Part shown: positions 8,236-10,698 of the stretch, in pieces
Position numbering within the stretch: position 1 is the stretch's first letter
Layout: each line of letters opens with the position of its first letter
NCBI RefSeq assembly: GCF_006345805.1
Contig: NW_021827325.1
Location: 1 to 10,698 of the forward strand
Origin: Octopus sinensis
Taxonomy: Eukaryota
DNA: 10,698 bases
Direction: 5' to 3'
The notes under the pieces: model-generated
What the model was told of the DNA's origin: nothing
Seen by the model: only the letters and a program-made list of their open reading frames with translations
The model's database searches: none
Position numbers and translations under genes: made by a program

Positions 8236-8580
8236 ATTTTCTTCTTTAATTCTTATATTTGTTTCAGTCATTTGACTGCGGCCATGCCGGAGCACCGCCT
8301 TTAGTCGAACAAATCAATTCCAGGACTTATTCTTTGTGTAAGCCTAGTACTTATTCTATCGGTCTCTTTTGCCGAACCGCTAAGTTACGAGAACGTAAAT
8401 ACACCAACATCAGTTGTAAAGCGATGGTGGGTGACAAACACAGACACACAAACATACACACAGACACACACTCATACACACACGCACATACCCACATATA
8501 TATATACATAACATCTATGACAGACTTCTTTCAATTTCCGTCTACCAAATCCACTCACAAGGCTTTGGTCGGCCCGAAGC
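8236..8580 (-). mobile_element. 5'-truncated octopus-type SINE with internal (CA)/(TA) microsatellite
   Basis: Blocks 'tttcagtcatttgactgcggccatgccggagcaccgcctttagtcg...ggtctcttttgccgaaccgctaagttac' and 'tttccgtctaccaaatccactcacaaggctttggtcggcccg' match, from memory, a very high-copy octopus SINE. The tRNA-derived head expected beyond 8580 is absent. Family name not verified. Confidence 0.8.
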
Positions 8581-8601
8581 AGCTGAAAATACGCATGAAA
8601 T

Positions 8602-8645
8602 GTCTCTCTCTCTCTCTCCCTCCCCCTCTCTCTCTATATATATAA
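8602..8645. repeat. (CT)n-(TA)n microsatellite
   Basis: Direct reading. Confidence 0.85.
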
Positions 8646-9454
8646 CTATCTGTATGTGTGCGTTTGTGCGTATGTGTGGCTTTTGATAACATGTATGTAT
8701 TGCTTAGAACGCCATGTCTTCTGAGTTATATTTCAACAGAATCATATTCATTCTGTAATTCCAATCTCTTATTATGAATGCTGAGTAAAAATATAAAACA
8801 AGTGTAGAGACAAATTTTTACGTTTATCCAATACATCTTACACGTGTTTTATTAACAATATCAGTTATGTAAAGAAAAGCCTTGTAAACTGATTAATCAT
8901 CAAATCTTTAGAGATTGCATAACAAAAATAAATAAACTTATGTTATAAGATAGACAGAAACAAACATTGCTTTAGTTATTTTTCTTGATGCAACAGTACT
9001 ATCCATTATATATAGCATGATGGTTATTTACGTTTATTATGCAGTCTCTAAAGATGTGAAGATGTTAAAATGTTTTGAATAAAAGTAAGAATTATCTCCA
9101 CCTTTTTTCCTGCATACATGTATACATAGATGTAGATATGCATACATACGTATGCATACATATATATTTACATATATGAAGAATTTATGTGGCTATTACA
9201 GATGACAAAAAGTGGACAATATACGATAGACATGTTTAATAACATCATAAGTTACACACTTCTTCCCATACCGAATTTAAAATAAATTAAATTAAAAGGA
9301 ATTTCGATAAGCTGGCGCTCGTCATACAACTCATGGTTTAGCAACTAAAGGTGCCAAAAATGCAAATAAAAATCCAAAACGTAAAGAGTAGAACAGGTGA
9401 GTACGGACGACAGTTGTTCATAGCATGTCTCTTTCTTCCCCCTGTCTCCCCCTT

Positions 9455-9466
9455 TCTTTCTTTCTT

Positions 9467-9511
<45 letters not shown>

Positions 9512-9553
9512 GATATAAATAATATATATATGTAAAATAAATATATATATATA
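9455..9553. repeat. (CTTT)n-(CT)n-(TA)n compound microsatellite
   Basis: Direct reading; explains ORFs 9338..9607 and 9345..9578. Confidence 0.92.
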
Positions 9554-9958
9554 GGGAGAGTTCACATAAACAAAACAAAAGACGAAGACGGGTGATGCAG
9601 ACAACAAACAGAAGTATTAGCTTAACGCTCGGGAAATGAAAAAGTCTTTAATGTTTCGAGCCTACGCTCTTCCACAGAAAGGAACAAAGAAGAAAAAACA
9701 AGGAGAGAAAATAAAGAATGTGTAGTGGCTAACGGTCTATCATGGCCAGCTTGTTCCAGCTACAGCGGAGAGAAAGAAAGAAGCATAAGTTAGGAGAAGA
9801 AAGAGATGTCCGATGGTCACGCGGGAGCACTTGAGCAGGGAGGAGGAGTGAGGGAGAGAGAGTAACAGAGTAATAGGATAGAATAGTGGGAGAAGAGGAA
9901 ATAAAAGAATAAGAGACAGAAAGAGAAGAACGAGAGTAAAAAGATCGTATAGAGGCGC
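9554..9958 (-). mobile_element. Probable Penelope-like element remnant bounded by (TA)n on both sides
   Basis: A ~400-bp non-repetitive island between two TA tracts that contains a minimal hammerhead-like motif. Its resemblance to an octopus interspersed repeat is from memory only. Confidence 0.4.
9646..9681 (-). ncRNA. Degenerate minimal type-I hammerhead motif
   Basis: Minus strand: CUUU-[CUGUGGA]-A-GAGC(GUAG)GCUC-[GAAA]-C-AUU-AAAG. Stem I is CUUU/AAAG, stem II is 4 bp with a tetraloop. The core deviates at A6 (U), and stem III has A where G is expected. Confidence 0.45.
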
Positions 9959-10008
9959 ATATATAATTATTATATATATATATATATATATATATATCTA
10001 TTATATAT

Positions 10009-10044
<36 letters not shown>
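9959..10044. repeat. Degenerate (TA)n tract
   Basis: Direct reading. Confidence 0.93.
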
Positions 10045-10698
10045 AAATAAGCAACAAGGATATCTAGGGTAATGCATACGATCGTTTCATGCGACTTCAT
10101 TTAATTGAACACTGAAAATAATACATCAGTTTTAAAATATAGAGCAATCTTCAGCTGCATAAAAATATAGAATGTAGTTAAATTCAAAGGATTCATTTGT
10201 ATAGTTATTTTATTAACCAAAATCACAAAGAGGATAAGTAGATAGACAAAGAACAAGTTTCATCAGCAATATCATAGTAGTAACTGATATTTTTTCACAG
10301 GAAGATACTGCTTATCATTGATTATACTTTGTTATTTAGATTTATTATTGGAGTGGGGGTGGGGTAATTTTATAGGCTAGTTTATCAAGTCTAAATGGAA
10401 ACTAGAATCTGTCTTTTATGGATAGAGTAAAAAAAGTATATAAAGTATATATAAATATATATATATATATTATTTATATTATATGAGGAATGCCACGCAT
10501 CTCTTCCAAGTAAATTTTATCTTAATTTGATGCGCACTCTATGCGATCTTTTTACTCTTTAGTTTTTCTCTTTCTCTCTTTTATTCTTTTACTTCCTCTT
10601 CTGCCACTATTCATCGTATTACTCTGACACTCTCTCTCCCTCACTTTTCCTCCCTTGCTCAAGTGGCTCCTATTTGTCCATCGGCCATCTTTCTTTCT

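Noticed and set aside
8259-8645. 128-aa plus-strand ORF
   Set aside because: It coincides with the SINE and its internal microsatellite.
9729-10100. 123-aa minus-strand ORF
   Set aside because: It spans a TA tract and a purine-skewed repeat remnant; no RT or GIY-YIG motifs recognisable.
10260-10266. CTGATGA on the minus strand
   Set aside because: No downstream stem II or GAAA.
1-10698. CRISPR arrays, tRNA or rRNA genes
   Set aside because: No repeat-spacer periodicity, cloverleaf or rRNA-like sequence seen; the SINE's tRNA-derived head is absent.

Overview
AT-rich, microsatellite-dense eukaryotic DNA with no confidently identifiable intact protein-coding gene. It is most likely an octopus/cephalopod intron or intergenic region, inferred from a SINE I recall as an abundant octopus family plus the repeat density; this was not database-verified. 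Nearly all ORFs in the track are artefacts of simple repeats or antisense frames of transposon relics. Recognisable content: (1) a head-to-head inverted pair of Penelope-like terminal segments (~3095-3470), each carrying a type-I hammerhead ribozyme core with an unusually long (~75 nt) stem II insert and a palindromic mini stem III; (2) a second, unrelated degenerate minimal hammerhead (9646-9681, minus); (3) a ~215 bp AT-rich foldback/MITE-like hairpin (3975-4189); (4) an internally deleted, 3'-truncated mariner fossil (7371-7840, minus); (5) a 5'-truncated SINE (8236-8580, minus) and a possible second SINE remnant; (6) many simple repeats; (7) motif clusters (YY1-like; E-box/CRE/E-box) and a candidate 102-nt symmetric exon on the minus strand behind a 202-nt AG-free zone.
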